Shown here piece by piece: positions 49,006 through 57,620 of a stretch of 64,000 nucleotides of DNA. Numbering within the stretch: the stretch's first letter is position 1; each line of letters begins with the position of its first letter. Location: IMG/VR virus record IMGVR_UViG_3300014656_000017, positions 46,909-110,908 of that record; one strand, 5' to 3'. The notes below the pieces were generated by a model that worked only from the letters and a program-made list of their open reading frames with translations, was not told the origin of the DNA and did no database searches. Origin of the DNA: a virus. Position numbers and translations under genes: made by a program.

Positions 49006-50710
49006 TATTATTTATCATCAGCTCAAATACCATGCTTCCACAATCCCATATTCTGTCATATCCGTTGTTTTGCATATTTTGCCATTCAGATAAACTAGGA
49101 TCAAAAGTTTCTAATTTTTTAGATAAAATGTTTTTTCTAAAATTGTATCTGTGAAGTCTGAAAGGCATCCCGTGTCGCCAGTACCAATAATTGGGCGGGC
49201 TTATATGTTTTAAATCAAATCCCAGTTTGTAGTATAAATTTCCTTGAGACCATCTTAAATCTGCATAGCTTAATATTTTAGTAGGTTTATAGTTTTTAAT
49301 AAAATGCATTAATATTTTGCCAGCAATACCAACAATATTAAAATTTGAAATTGTACAAAATCTTATTAATTCGTATTGATCTATTTTTGCTGAAAGGCCC
49401 ATAGAAGATCGCAACTGGCCAAATGTCATAACAGCTATTAACTTGTTTTTATAAAAAGCACCCAATTTTATAGAAGATTTATCTTTTCCTTGAATATGAT
49501 ATTTATTTAAGAATTTATTTTTGAGTAAATTATCTATGTTTGTGATAATGCACTTTCTTGCATAAATATTTCTTTTTACGCCCCCAAGAATATGACGAAT
49601 TCGAGCTTTAACTATTTGTTGTTTATTCAACCACTCATCTTCAAATATTTGTATGAGATTTATGTTATTGCTTTGTGCAGCATGTAATTTATTAATATGA
49701 TATTGTCTTTCTTTTCCTCCGGATATTTCCGTATGCCAATACAGACCATGATATTCAAAACCTATTTTTTTAGAAGGAATGTACACATCTATTTCTTGTC
49801 CCTTCAAAGGTTTTCTGAGATTCATTGAGGCGGGCACTTTAAGAATATTGTTGATGTAGTTATAAATATTTGTTTGCTGGGTGGATTTTGGAGAAGGAAA
49901 ACAACTGGGGCATCGCGGGCGAAATCCATCTGTCATAAAAAATGTAAAAACATGTAAACATTTATTGCATTTCCAGCTATAAAAATTATGACATCCTTTA
50001 TATTGATTTATTGAAAACATAGGAACCGTAAAAGGATCTTGGCATAGCTTGTTATACATCTTCTCTTTGCGCATTTGTTGGATATGAGGAGCTTGCCCTA
50101 TATTTTCAACCCCATATTTATTAAAACAAGTTTTTTTGCTTTTTTCTTTAAACTCTTTTAATTGTATAGGCCACTCAACACCATATTTGTTAAGATTTGT
50201 ATTTTTACATATATCTTTAAATTCGGTTCGCTGGTTTGGATGTGAGCCGTACCTCGCTAGACAAGTTTCTTTTATTTTTTGTTTTATGTCACTGTTTTGT
50301 ATAGGAAATTCGGTACCAAATTTTTTTAAGCTTGCAATTTTCTTTTTTTCTTTAACAAACCCTATTTGGCTTATATTTGTTACACCATACCTGTTTGATA
50401 TAGTTTTTTGTATTCTTGCATACCTGTTTGAATCAGAAAGAGCACAAATAGATGAGCAATATTTAGCGTATCCTCTCCCGAAATGTATAAATTTTGTGAA
50501 AGAACCGCACACAGAACATACTGGAAGAAGTGTAATATTATTGATAATACAATAAATTCTTTCAGAAAATTTTGATGATTTGATAAACTTTGTATGATCA
50601 ATAATATCTTTATAAAGAGCTTGATGCTTACTTCTAAGAGTATTAGTAATGTGCTTTAAGTCTACAGTTTTTAATATTTCTTGTAATTGTATTTTAATAT
50701 CTTTTTGCAT
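49001..50710 (-). mobile_element. Hef-like free-standing homing endonuclease
   Basis: KYGV-type repeats, CxxC motifs, EIDVYIP..GFEYHGLYWH, IFEDEW, C-terminal SYADLRWSQGNLY..LGF..DCG; start probably 50710. Confidence 0.8.
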
Positions 50711-50747
50711 AATACCTCTATAATTAATTATCAAACGAACATTAAAT

Positions 50748-51758
50748 CTATAGAGTCTTCAACTTTATACTTGCATTTAATCCATTAAAAGAATTCTTAA
50801 TTAAAAACTGAGGAGATATCTTGTTTAGTTTGTATTTTACACAAATCTCGTTTAAATCTTTTTCTTTAAACTTGTTTGGCCATATAACGATAGTTTCACC
50901 TTGTTCTATTAAATCTTGATATTTCTTTTTAACATCTTCATTATCTAGTTGATTATCTAAAACCCATATCTTCTTATGCAATGGATATTTAGTTAATTGT
51001 TTCTTTTGTAGTTCTGTTAAAACTAATCCACATATTGCAACTCCATTCTTCACGAACATACTATCTATTGGTCCTTCAAATATAAGGATATGAGGAAACT
51101 CTGAATCTATTTTGTCTATTCCAAACACAGATTTGTCTGCATCTACTTTAGACAAATATTTTCCAAACTCTTCATCCTTCTCAAATAGTGCTCGTGTTTG
51201 ATAGAATATAATCTTTCCATTTTCATCAAAGAATGGAATACATAATCTGTTCTTGTGGATCTTATCATTTAAACTAATATAAAAGGTTTTACATCTATTA
51301 ATAGCCACATTCAGCCTCCGCTGTTTAATATAACTTAGAACCGCTTTAACTGCGCGGTCATCGCGATAGAAATGTGTTTGCGTATCATCTAGCAGGTTAA
51401 TAGAATCATTTGGCAATGAAGAGGTATGTTTTAAGAATTTGACTTCTTTCTTTCGGTCTTCATATTGACGTAAAACATCGTCTACATCAGATTCATATTC
51501 ACTAGCTTCTTTAGTTACAGTATAATAAGAATCTCCTGTGACTTCCATGATCCATTTGAGAGGACTCCAGCTCCTCTGTTCGTTTTGACAGAAAAACTGG
51601 TTCTTGTTGATTATAAAGTAACCTCTCTTGCGGTTTTTAGACTTTCCTTCGCCACAAATAGGACAAGAAAAATTATAAACCTTTTGAGTTTTTTTGTAAA
51701 TTGGTTTACGAGTGTATTTATAGATCGTATCTATAATATAAGGTAAAGGAAGATTCAT
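50748..51758 (-). CDS. gp61: DNA primase (gp61-like)
   Basis: CPICGE zinc finger, IPFF, YQTR, FEGPIDSMF, VLDN, KDLN. Confidence 0.92.
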   Translation of the reverse strand: MNLPLPYIIDTIYKYTRKPIYKKTQKVYNFSCPICGEGKSKNRKRGYFIINKNQFFCQNEQRSWSPLKWIMEVTGDSYYTVTKEASEYESDVDDVLRQYEDRKKEVKFLKHTSSLPNDSINLLDDTQTHFYRDDRAVKAVLSYIKQRRLNVAINRCKTFYISLNDKIHKNRLCIPFFDENGKIIFYQTRALFEKDEEFGKYLSKVDADKSVFGIDKIDSEFPHILIFEGPIDSMFVKNGVAICGLVLTELQKKQLTKYPLHKKIWVLDNQLDNEDVKKKYQDLIEQGETIVIWPNKFKEKDLNEICVKYKLNKISPQFLIKNSFNGLNASIKLKTL

Positions 51759-51766
51759 TTACTTAT

Positions 51767-51794
51767 ATATTATATGAAACTAAAAGAGAGGCAA
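51767..51794 (-). promoter_or_regulatory. sigma70-like promoter TTGCCT-N16-TAATAT for primase
   Basis: Intergenic. Confidence 0.45.
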
Positions 51795-51795
51795 G

Positions 51796-52146
51796 TTATC
51801 TTACAGGCTGTGCATGAATAAATTTTTGTTTTAACCAGGATAACGCTTTTTGATCACCGTTAGCTGCTAAAGACAAATACCACATCATATTCTTATCGGT
51901 TTTATATTTACCTACTAGCTCTGCAAGACCGGGTTCCCCCATTTGTGTTAATTTTGCAGAGATATCTTCAATACTAAGTTGAGGTCCTTGATAGGTTGTT
52001 TCTCTTCCATATTTAACATTTTGTTTATAGGGGTTATCACTTTTACTTTGACCAGCATAGGTATTTTGATTTCCTGTTGAATTAATTGGAACTGCCCAAA
52101 TTTCCTCTAAATATTTCTCAAATATCAAACTATTTTCTTTTTTCAT
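51796..52146 (-). CDS. Hypothetical protein, putative internal head protein
   Basis: Leader MKKENSLIFEKYLEE. Confidence 0.55.
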   Translation of the reverse strand: MKKENSLIFEKYLEEIWAVPINSTGNQNTYAGQSKSDNPYKQNVKYGRETTYQGPQLSIEDISAKLTQMGEPGLAELVGKYKTDKNMMWYLSLAANGDQKALSWLKQKFIHAQPVR

Positions 52147-52191
52147 ATTTACTTTTTATCTCCATTCTATTACTGTTTCTACACAATCATT

Positions 52192-52653
52192 TTATGCTCC
52201 CAATGAATTTATCTTTTCTTTACGTTCCTTGCTAGCATCGCTAATAGCTAGTTTAACGGTTTCTCCTAAATCTTCTACTTGTGATTTGAAAGAAGCTAAG
52301 TCGCTCTTTAAACCGGGAACGGCCTTGAGAATAGAAGAAAACTGATCACTTCCAGGTGCAGCAGCTAGCTTTTCAGAAGTAGCAAATTTAATCATTTCTG
52401 TTAGCTGTTCAATAGCAGTTTGAATACCATCCTTCCACATATTAATCTTCTGTGAATATTTTTCAATTTCTTGCTTGTCCAACCCCTGTGTATCAAATTG
52501 CTGAGATAGTGCAGGATTATCAACAATCTTTGGGTTCTGATTAGCCCAAGTATCTTGATCAGAAGGCTCAGTAGCTGCTTGCTGTGGTACTTGACCAGCT
52601 GACATTGGTTCTTCTCTAAGTATTACTTTCTTGAAAACATCTTGATATTTCAT
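52192..52653 (-). CDS. Hypothetical late protein, putative internal head protein
   Basis: ATAAATA at 52694-52700 (minus strand); leader MKYQDVFKKVILRE. Confidence 0.6.
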   Translation of the reverse strand: MKYQDVFKKVILREEPMSAGQVPQQAATEPSDQDTWANQNPKIVDNPALSQQFDTQGLDKQEIEKYSQKINMWKDGIQTAIEQLTEMIKFATSEKLAAAPGSDQFSSILKAVPGLKSDLASFKSQVEDLGETVKLAISDASKERKEKINSLGA

Positions 52654-52699
52654 AGTTCTCCTCTATTATATGTATAGTGTTATATCTTTTAAATATTTA

Positions 52700-52727
52700 T
52701 TGATTTTCGCTAAAAATATATTATAAT
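52700..52727 (+). promoter_or_regulatory. sigma70-like promoter TTGATT-N16-TATAAT for the queC operon
   Basis: Divergent intergenic region. Confidence 0.6.
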
Positions 52728-52843
52728 TTGTAGAATGAAAAGACTTGTAATGTTTTTAGATGTAATTAGGTGGAAAATAGTTTGGAGAATTCATGGTATT
52801 TGTTATACCAAACACGATATTCAGTGCAAGAAAAAGGAGCTCT

Positions 52844-53602
52844 ATGGATAAAAAAGTATGTGTACTTCATTCAGGTGGACAGGATAGTCTAGCATGTATG
52901 TTAGAAGCTATTGAGAAATATGGCGCAGAAAATATTATTAGTCTAGGAATCAAATATGGTCAAAAACATTTTGAACAGGAAAATGCTGCGGCCTGGAGAT
53001 TTTGTAATAGTTATGATCCGCCAATTTCAAGATTTATTATTTCAGTATTTGTGTTAGATTATAAAGACAGTTCGCTTACAAATGCAAATGTTGATATTCC
53101 TACAGAAATGGCTGATCAAAGAAAAACTGTTGTACCTTTTAGAAATACGCTATTTTTGATTTATGCAGCTGCCTTCGCACAAGAACATGATTGTGATAGA
53201 ATTATATTAGGCCCTTGTAAAGAAGATTTTGAAAATTATAGAGACTGCCGCCCTGATTATTTTGAAATTATGCAAATGGTCATCCAGGCAGGATTAACTA
53301 AGCCAACTAAAGGAAGCGAACAAATCAAGGATGATTTCGTTGTTGAGGTTAATCCATTTGGCGCACATCAGTTTGTACCTGAAGAAAAATTAGATATTGT
53401 AATTGAAACGCCATTAATTAACGAAACAAAAGAAGAAACCTTAAAGAGAATTCTTTTAAAGCACCCTGTTAGTATTTATAAATACACCTATACTTGTTAT
53501 AAAGGTGGATTAAAATCTTGCGGCAAATGTCCTGCATGCCAAGAAAGATTAGCAGCATTTAAAGATTGTGGTGTGGAGGATCCAATAGAATATGAAAAAT
53601 AA
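52844..53602 (+). CDS. queC: 7-cyano-7-deazaguanine synthase
   Basis: SGGQDS, YGQKH, VPFRN, YRDCRP, TYTCY, CGKCPAC.ER; start 52844 with AAGGAG. Confidence 0.93.
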   Translation: MDKKVCVLHSGGQDSLACMLEAIEKYGAENIISLGIKYGQKHFEQENAAAWRFCNSYDPPISRFIISVFVLDYKDSSLTNANVDIPTEMADQRKTVVPFRNTLFLIYAAAFAQEHDCDRIILGPCKEDFENYRDCRPDYFEIMQMVIQAGLTKPTKGSEQIKDDFVVEVNPFGAHQFVPEEKLDIVIETPLINETKEETLKRILLKHPVSIYKYTYTCYKGGLKSCGKCPACQERLAAFKDCGVEDPIEYEK

Positions 53603-53780
53603 TATTGCGACAGTAACAGATGAAGGCAGGGAAACTAAAAGTGGTACATTATTTCATGCTTATAAACTTTCATTAGATGTCTTAGCTATTCAAGAATTGA
53701 TTGCTGACGGAAAGGCTAATAAAGTTCTTACAAACATAAAACATGCGATTGATTATTTTTTTGAAAGAAAGTTTCAATGA
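53592..53780 (+). CDS. Hypothetical protein
   Basis: Overlaps queC stop. Confidence 0.5.
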   Translation: MKNNIATVTDEGRETKSGTLFHAYKLSLDVLAIQELIADGKANKVLTNIKHAIDYFFERKFQ

Positions 53781-53819
53781 TTTTTTGGTGAAATACGTGA
53801 AGGATGGTCTGATAAACAC

Positions 53820-54062
53820 ATGAATCAAACTGATGATAATTTAGAGTTGTATAAAAAACATATACATGGATATTTGTTATTGAACTGGAAAACTGGACAA
53901 ATTGTTGCCAAAAAAAGAAAGCCTAAAAATATAAAAGGTTTTGAAATACCTATAGAAATTGATTTAACAATTACACCACCAAAAGATCAGAATTATAAAG
54001 TAAGTGGTCATATACCTTTAACGGTGGCAAAATTGGGTGAAATTTTTGTGGAGTGTTTATAA
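53820..54062 (+). CDS. Hypothetical protein
   Basis: 80-aa ORF. Confidence 0.5.
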   Translation: MNQTDDNLELYKKHIHGYLLLNWKTGQIVAKKRKPKNIKGFEIPIEIDLTITPPKDQNYKVSGHIPLTVAKLGEIFVECL

Positions 54063-54178
54063 TGGAGTCTAGTAAAAATGAAAGATAGACTAATTTATTT
54101 CATTGAAATTGAAAAGACTTTTGATAAAATAATAATGTTATTAGATGAATATGTAAATCAATTAGAAAGGAAAATAAA

Positions 54179-54376
54179 GTGAATGTATATACATGCACGT
54201 CGTTTGATGGACTTTGGCCAGTAGGAACAGCTGCTGTGATTGTTGCTGAAAGTAAACGAGCAGCTAAGATGTTATTAGAAAAAGAATTAAAAAGAATAAA
54301 ACTTGATCAAAAAATTGATATTAATACAATTAATGAAATTGACTTAACTGAAGCAAAGGCTATAATCATTAAATGA
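54179..54376 (+). CDS. Hypothetical protein
   Basis: GTG start with AAAGGA RBS; WPVGTAAVIVAES. Confidence 0.55.
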   Translation: MNVYTCTSFDGLWPVGTAAVIVAESKRAAKMLLEKELKRIKLDQKIDINTINEIDLTEAKAIIIK

Positions 54377-54388
54377 TGGAGATTATTA

Positions 54389-54991
54389 ATGATACTAAAC
54401 AGAGAACAAATTAAAAACATTTTTGGTGTAGACTATTATGATGGGTCTCAAATACATTCAAGATTTGCATATAAGTGTTTTAGAGATCAAGTACAACCCG
54501 TAGGTAATATTATGGCATTTGTGTCTCCAACGGAAGTAACGACTAATCTAATTGATCTTGAAGATGCTATTACTAAAGACTATATATTTTCAGAGAAGAT
54601 GATTAATTTCTGTTATGAGATTCCTAATATTGATTTATGGGGTGGAATAGCTTTTCAAAGATTATATAATTCGTATATAGGAGATATTCTTTCAAATACT
54701 ATTCAGGCTCCTGTGGAAGTTGACGGTGATGACATTTTTGTTAAAAAAGAATTTACTCAAGGCGGAGTAGTACAACTTAGAGGCAAAGCGAGTGTGAGTA
54801 TTGTACACAAAATACAAGATGCAGTAGTTGGACATACAGGAATCAATATTATAGCTGGAAAGAAAGCACCCGCTTTTGCCTATTCAACTAATATGACAGA
54901 TGAGCAATCTGACAAGTTTATGAAGGATTGTATGTTAGTATTTTATCAGACATCTAAAGATATTTTCATTGCGAGTACAAAGGTAATATGA
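54389..54991 (+). CDS. DUF366-like protein (biotin/lipoate ligase-like fold)
   Basis: YDGSQI..FAY, LIDLED, FQRL, GDDIF, KASVSI, HTGINI. Confidence 0.7.
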   Translation: MILNREQIKNIFGVDYYDGSQIHSRFAYKCFRDQVQPVGNIMAFVSPTEVTTNLIDLEDAITKDYIFSEKMINFCYEIPNIDLWGGIAFQRLYNSYIGDILSNTIQAPVEVDGDDIFVKKEFTQGGVVQLRGKASVSIVHKIQDAVVGHTGINIIAGKKAPAFAYSTNMTDEQSDKFMKDCMLVFYQTSKDIFIASTKVI

Positions 54992-55027
54992 AATTGTGGT
55001 TACAGTTCAGTCAACTAAAGGAATACA

Positions 55028-55222
55028 ATGAAAACAGATTATCCAATTGATACTGAAATATTATATAAACCTTGGCGAGCTGCATACTTTATAATTGAGC
55101 ATGGGTATATTAAAGAGTATTCACCCACTAAGACATATGTAAGAATTGCGTCTCACATTAATATTACAGGTGATTGGTATTTGTCAGAAAATATAAATGT
55201 ATTAGAAAAACTATCAAAATAA
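55028..55222 (+). CDS. Hypothetical protein
   Basis: 64 aa with AAGG RBS. Confidence 0.5.
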   Translation: MKTDYPIDTEILYKPWRAAYFIIEHGYIKEYSPTKTYVRIASHINITGDWYLSENINVLEKLSK

Positions 55223-55223
55223 A

Positions 55224-55646
55224 ATGCAACTCTTTGATCAATTGTTCGATATTCTTAATCGCAAAAATTCTGATTTCTGTAAAGGATCAGAAGATGATGA
55301 ATTTCAATCAGGGTATATGCTCCAACGATGGCTTTCAATGTATTCAGAAACTTTAGCAAGATTAATAAATAATTCTACAAATATACTATGGTCAACAATA
55401 AACACCAAGCAGGATTGGCATCAAATATTAGCAGTATTAATTCCACAACTTCCTCGGAAGAAAATACAGTATCTTAAAAAGAATGCAGAAAAACGAAAAA
55501 CAATTAAATCTGATAAATGTGTTTTAGAAGTTCTTGCTAATAATATAGAATTATCTGAAAAAGAAATTAAAGAGTATATTGATAGTAGTGATTTAACTAC
55601 TAAGAAGTTAAAGAAAATGTTAGGAATAGAAAATGAGCAAAGTTGA
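55224..55646 (+). CDS. gp62: Clamp loader small subunit (gp62-like)
   Basis: YMLQRWLSM..N..IP..RKKIQYLKK..ELSEKEIKEY. Confidence 0.6.
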   Translation: MQLFDQLFDILNRKNSDFCKGSEDDEFQSGYMLQRWLSMYSETLARLINNSTNILWSTINTKQDWHQILAVLIPQLPRKKIQYLKKNAEKRKTIKSDKCVLEVLANNIELSEKEIKEYIDSSDLTTKKLKKMLGIENEQS

Positions 55647-55842
55647 TTGGGCGTCAGTGATTGATGAAAAACCAAAGTTTCATAAAAAGTTTAATAAAGA
55701 AGTTTATTGTAAGAAAAATAAGATAAGTGGCAATAAGTACGGCCCACACATATATATTAATGGATACTGTAAGAATTGTAGTAAAATAGATCCACAAAAG
55801 AAAAAGAAAATAGGAGTGATAGAAGATGCCAACTGTGCTTAA
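55633..55842 (+). CDS. Small Cys/His protein
   Basis: CKKN..HIY..CKNC. Confidence 0.5.
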   Translation: MSKVDWASVIDEKPKFHKKFNKEVYCKKNKISGNKYGPHIYINGYCKNCSKIDPQKKKKIGVIEDANCA

Positions 55843-56185
55843 TTTAGATGATTGTAAAAATATGTCGTTACCAAGTGAATATGATATCACAGGGGTCTTG
55901 GGTGATGTGATTATGGGTGAGCAAGTGGATGTAGATGATTCAGGACAGGCCTATGTAGAAAGAGATGGTATTCTGGTCGATACCAATATTCAAAAGAATG
56001 TTTGGAGGGTGGCTCGAGCTATAATGGTAGGCCCAGATGTTAAATTAATCAAAGCTGGAGACCATTTTATTTATCCTAATGATAAAGGTATTACTGCTGT
56101 TAAATTTAGTGCTAGAATTAAACGCCCTGTAATATTTCTTAATGAGGCACGAATATTTTGTCGTTGTGAACCTAAGAAAACCTAA
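55826..56185 (+). CDS. GroES-like co-chaperonin
   Basis: LGDVIM..GILV..AIMVGPDVK.IKAGD..FLNE.RIF. Confidence 0.7.
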   Translation: MPTVLNLDDCKNMSLPSEYDITGVLGDVIMGEQVDVDDSGQAYVERDGILVDTNIQKNVWRVARAIMVGPDVKLIKAGDHFIYPNDKGITAVKFSARIKRPVIFLNEARIFCRCEPKKT

Positions 56186-56201
56186 GTATCTTTAGATACT
56201 T

Positions 56202-56585
56202 ATGAGAGTTACACAAGGCACTTTATTAGGACTATTGCAAGAAAATATAGTAGAGCTGAGGTTCAAACGCCGACGCCCTAAGAATGCTTGGCCTCCTTAT
56301 CGCCGAATGCTAGCTACTAATAACGTTAAAATATTAAATAGTGCTCCAGGTCAACTTGCATTACACTTTAAACCACCAACACGTCCACCGCCATATCCAT
56401 GGCTTAAAATGAATTTAGTATGTACATGGAGTTTGTTTATGCAAGATTGGCGGATGGTTTCTTGTAATGATGCAGAGGTCATTACTGTTATTCCATGTAA
56501 GCCAGAAGAACGGTTTTGGAATTATTTCAACATTTATTTACAAGGGATGGGCCCACAAGAGAAAATACAATTTATGCAGACTTAG
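56202..56585 (+). CDS. WYL_2/DUF2693-like SH3-fold protein
   Basis: L.ENIVELRFKR..RRMLAT..W.L...WRM. Confidence 0.55.
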   Translation: MRVTQGTLLGLLQENIVELRFKRRRPKNAWPPYRRMLATNNVKILNSAPGQLALHFKPPTRPPPYPWLKMNLVCTWSLFMQDWRMVSCNDAEVITVIPCKPEERFWNYFNIYLQGMGPQEKIQFMQT

Positions 56586-56619
56586 TTGATTGTTATAGAT
56601 GTTGGATAAGTATGTTTAA

Positions 56620-56991
56620 ATGTCTATTGTAATATCAAACACGGAATTAGAAGAAAGTTTAAAACCTTTGTTACAATGTAATATAAAATTAATGTTGGGA
56701 AACAAAGTATGGCGCACTGGAAAACTGGTTTTATTTAATCAACGCACATTTAATATTGAGTTTAATATATTAAACAAAAAAGATAAAATAGAACGGTTTG
56801 AGATACCTATTCCTTTTGAAGTATATATTAAATATCCAAATATTGTATTATTTGATTACAGTTTGAAAAAAATGGGAATTGATGAAGATGTGGTGGGTAA
56901 GATAATGAAGGAAATGAAATTTGATAAAAAAAGCAAATTTTACAATACTGTATTGAAAATAGAAAATGAAAATATCATCCAACAAATTTAA
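56620..56991 (+). CDS. Hypothetical protein
   Basis: 123-aa ORF. Confidence 0.6.
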   Translation: MSIVISNTELEESLKPLLQCNIKLMLGNKVWRTGKLVLFNQRTFNIEFNILNKKDKIERFEIPIPFEVYIKYPNIVLFDYSLKKMGIDEDVVGKIMKEMKFDKKSKFYNTVLKIENENIIQQI

Positions 56992-57334
56992 TAATCTAGC
57001 TAATGCTCTTAAAACCGATGAATCAGTTCAATATGCATTAAATGAGGCGGGTAGAAAGGCCTTGAAAGAGTATTATGAACTGATTAAAAGTTTAGGGGAT
57101 TCTATTTATCCACTAGTGAAAAAATATTTAGTTGATCCTGATACGTTTTCAAAGATTTTAGCCGTCCAGGTTATTTCTATTATCAGTTCTAGAGAATTAG
57201 GTACAGAAGAATTTAAATTGATGACACGCTTGGATGCTTTGACAAATGGTGGTAAAACTAATATAGACACTTCTCGCCTGCCTGTAAGCCTTGATGATAA
57301 TCTAATGAAATACCTTGAAAAAAATAATATATAA
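56966..57334 (+). CDS. Hypothetical protein
   Basis: 122-aa ORF. Confidence 0.55.
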   Translation: MKISSNKFNNLANALKTDESVQYALNEAGRKALKEYYELIKSLGDSIYPLVKKYLVDPDTFSKILAVQVISIISSRELGTEEFKLMTRLDALTNGGKTNIDTSRLPVSLDDNLMKYLEKNNI

Positions 57335-57342
57335 TATATTAT
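57315..57342 (+). promoter_or_regulatory. sigma70-like promoter TTGAAA-N16-TATTAT
   Basis: Upstream of GAGGT RBS of 57360. Confidence 0.4.
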
Positions 57343-57359
57343 TATGAAAAGAGGTATTT

Positions 57360-57620
57360 ATGATTGAAAAATTAATTGTCTTATCTTTAGTCAGTGGTGA
57401 AGTATACGAAATTGAAGCGGATGAGATTAAAACCTTAGAATTGTATCATGCTATTTTAAAAGAATATCCTAAATCTAATTGTTCACAGTGTCATGGTAGA
57501 GGAATAATTGGTTTAAATGTTGCCAATAACTTTTATGAACCGTGCATGAAATGTTTACGAAAATGTTTGGATACAGAAAGGACTAATGAAATCGCTAAAC
57601 ATAAAAAGTCATTTTCCTGA
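57360..57620 (+). CDS. Small protein with CxxCxGxG zinc motif
   Basis: CSQCHGRG..CMKC. Confidence 0.6.
   Translation: MIEKLIVLSLVSGEVYEIEADEIKTLELYHAILKEYPKSNCSQCHGRGIIGLNVANNFYEPCMKCLRKCLDTERTNEIAKHKKSFS

Noticed and set aside
48922-50760. Group I intron in primase with 48922..49005 as exon 2
   Set aside because: Primase already ends with an equivalent C-terminus and stop, and the endonuclease ORF leaves no room for a ribozyme core.
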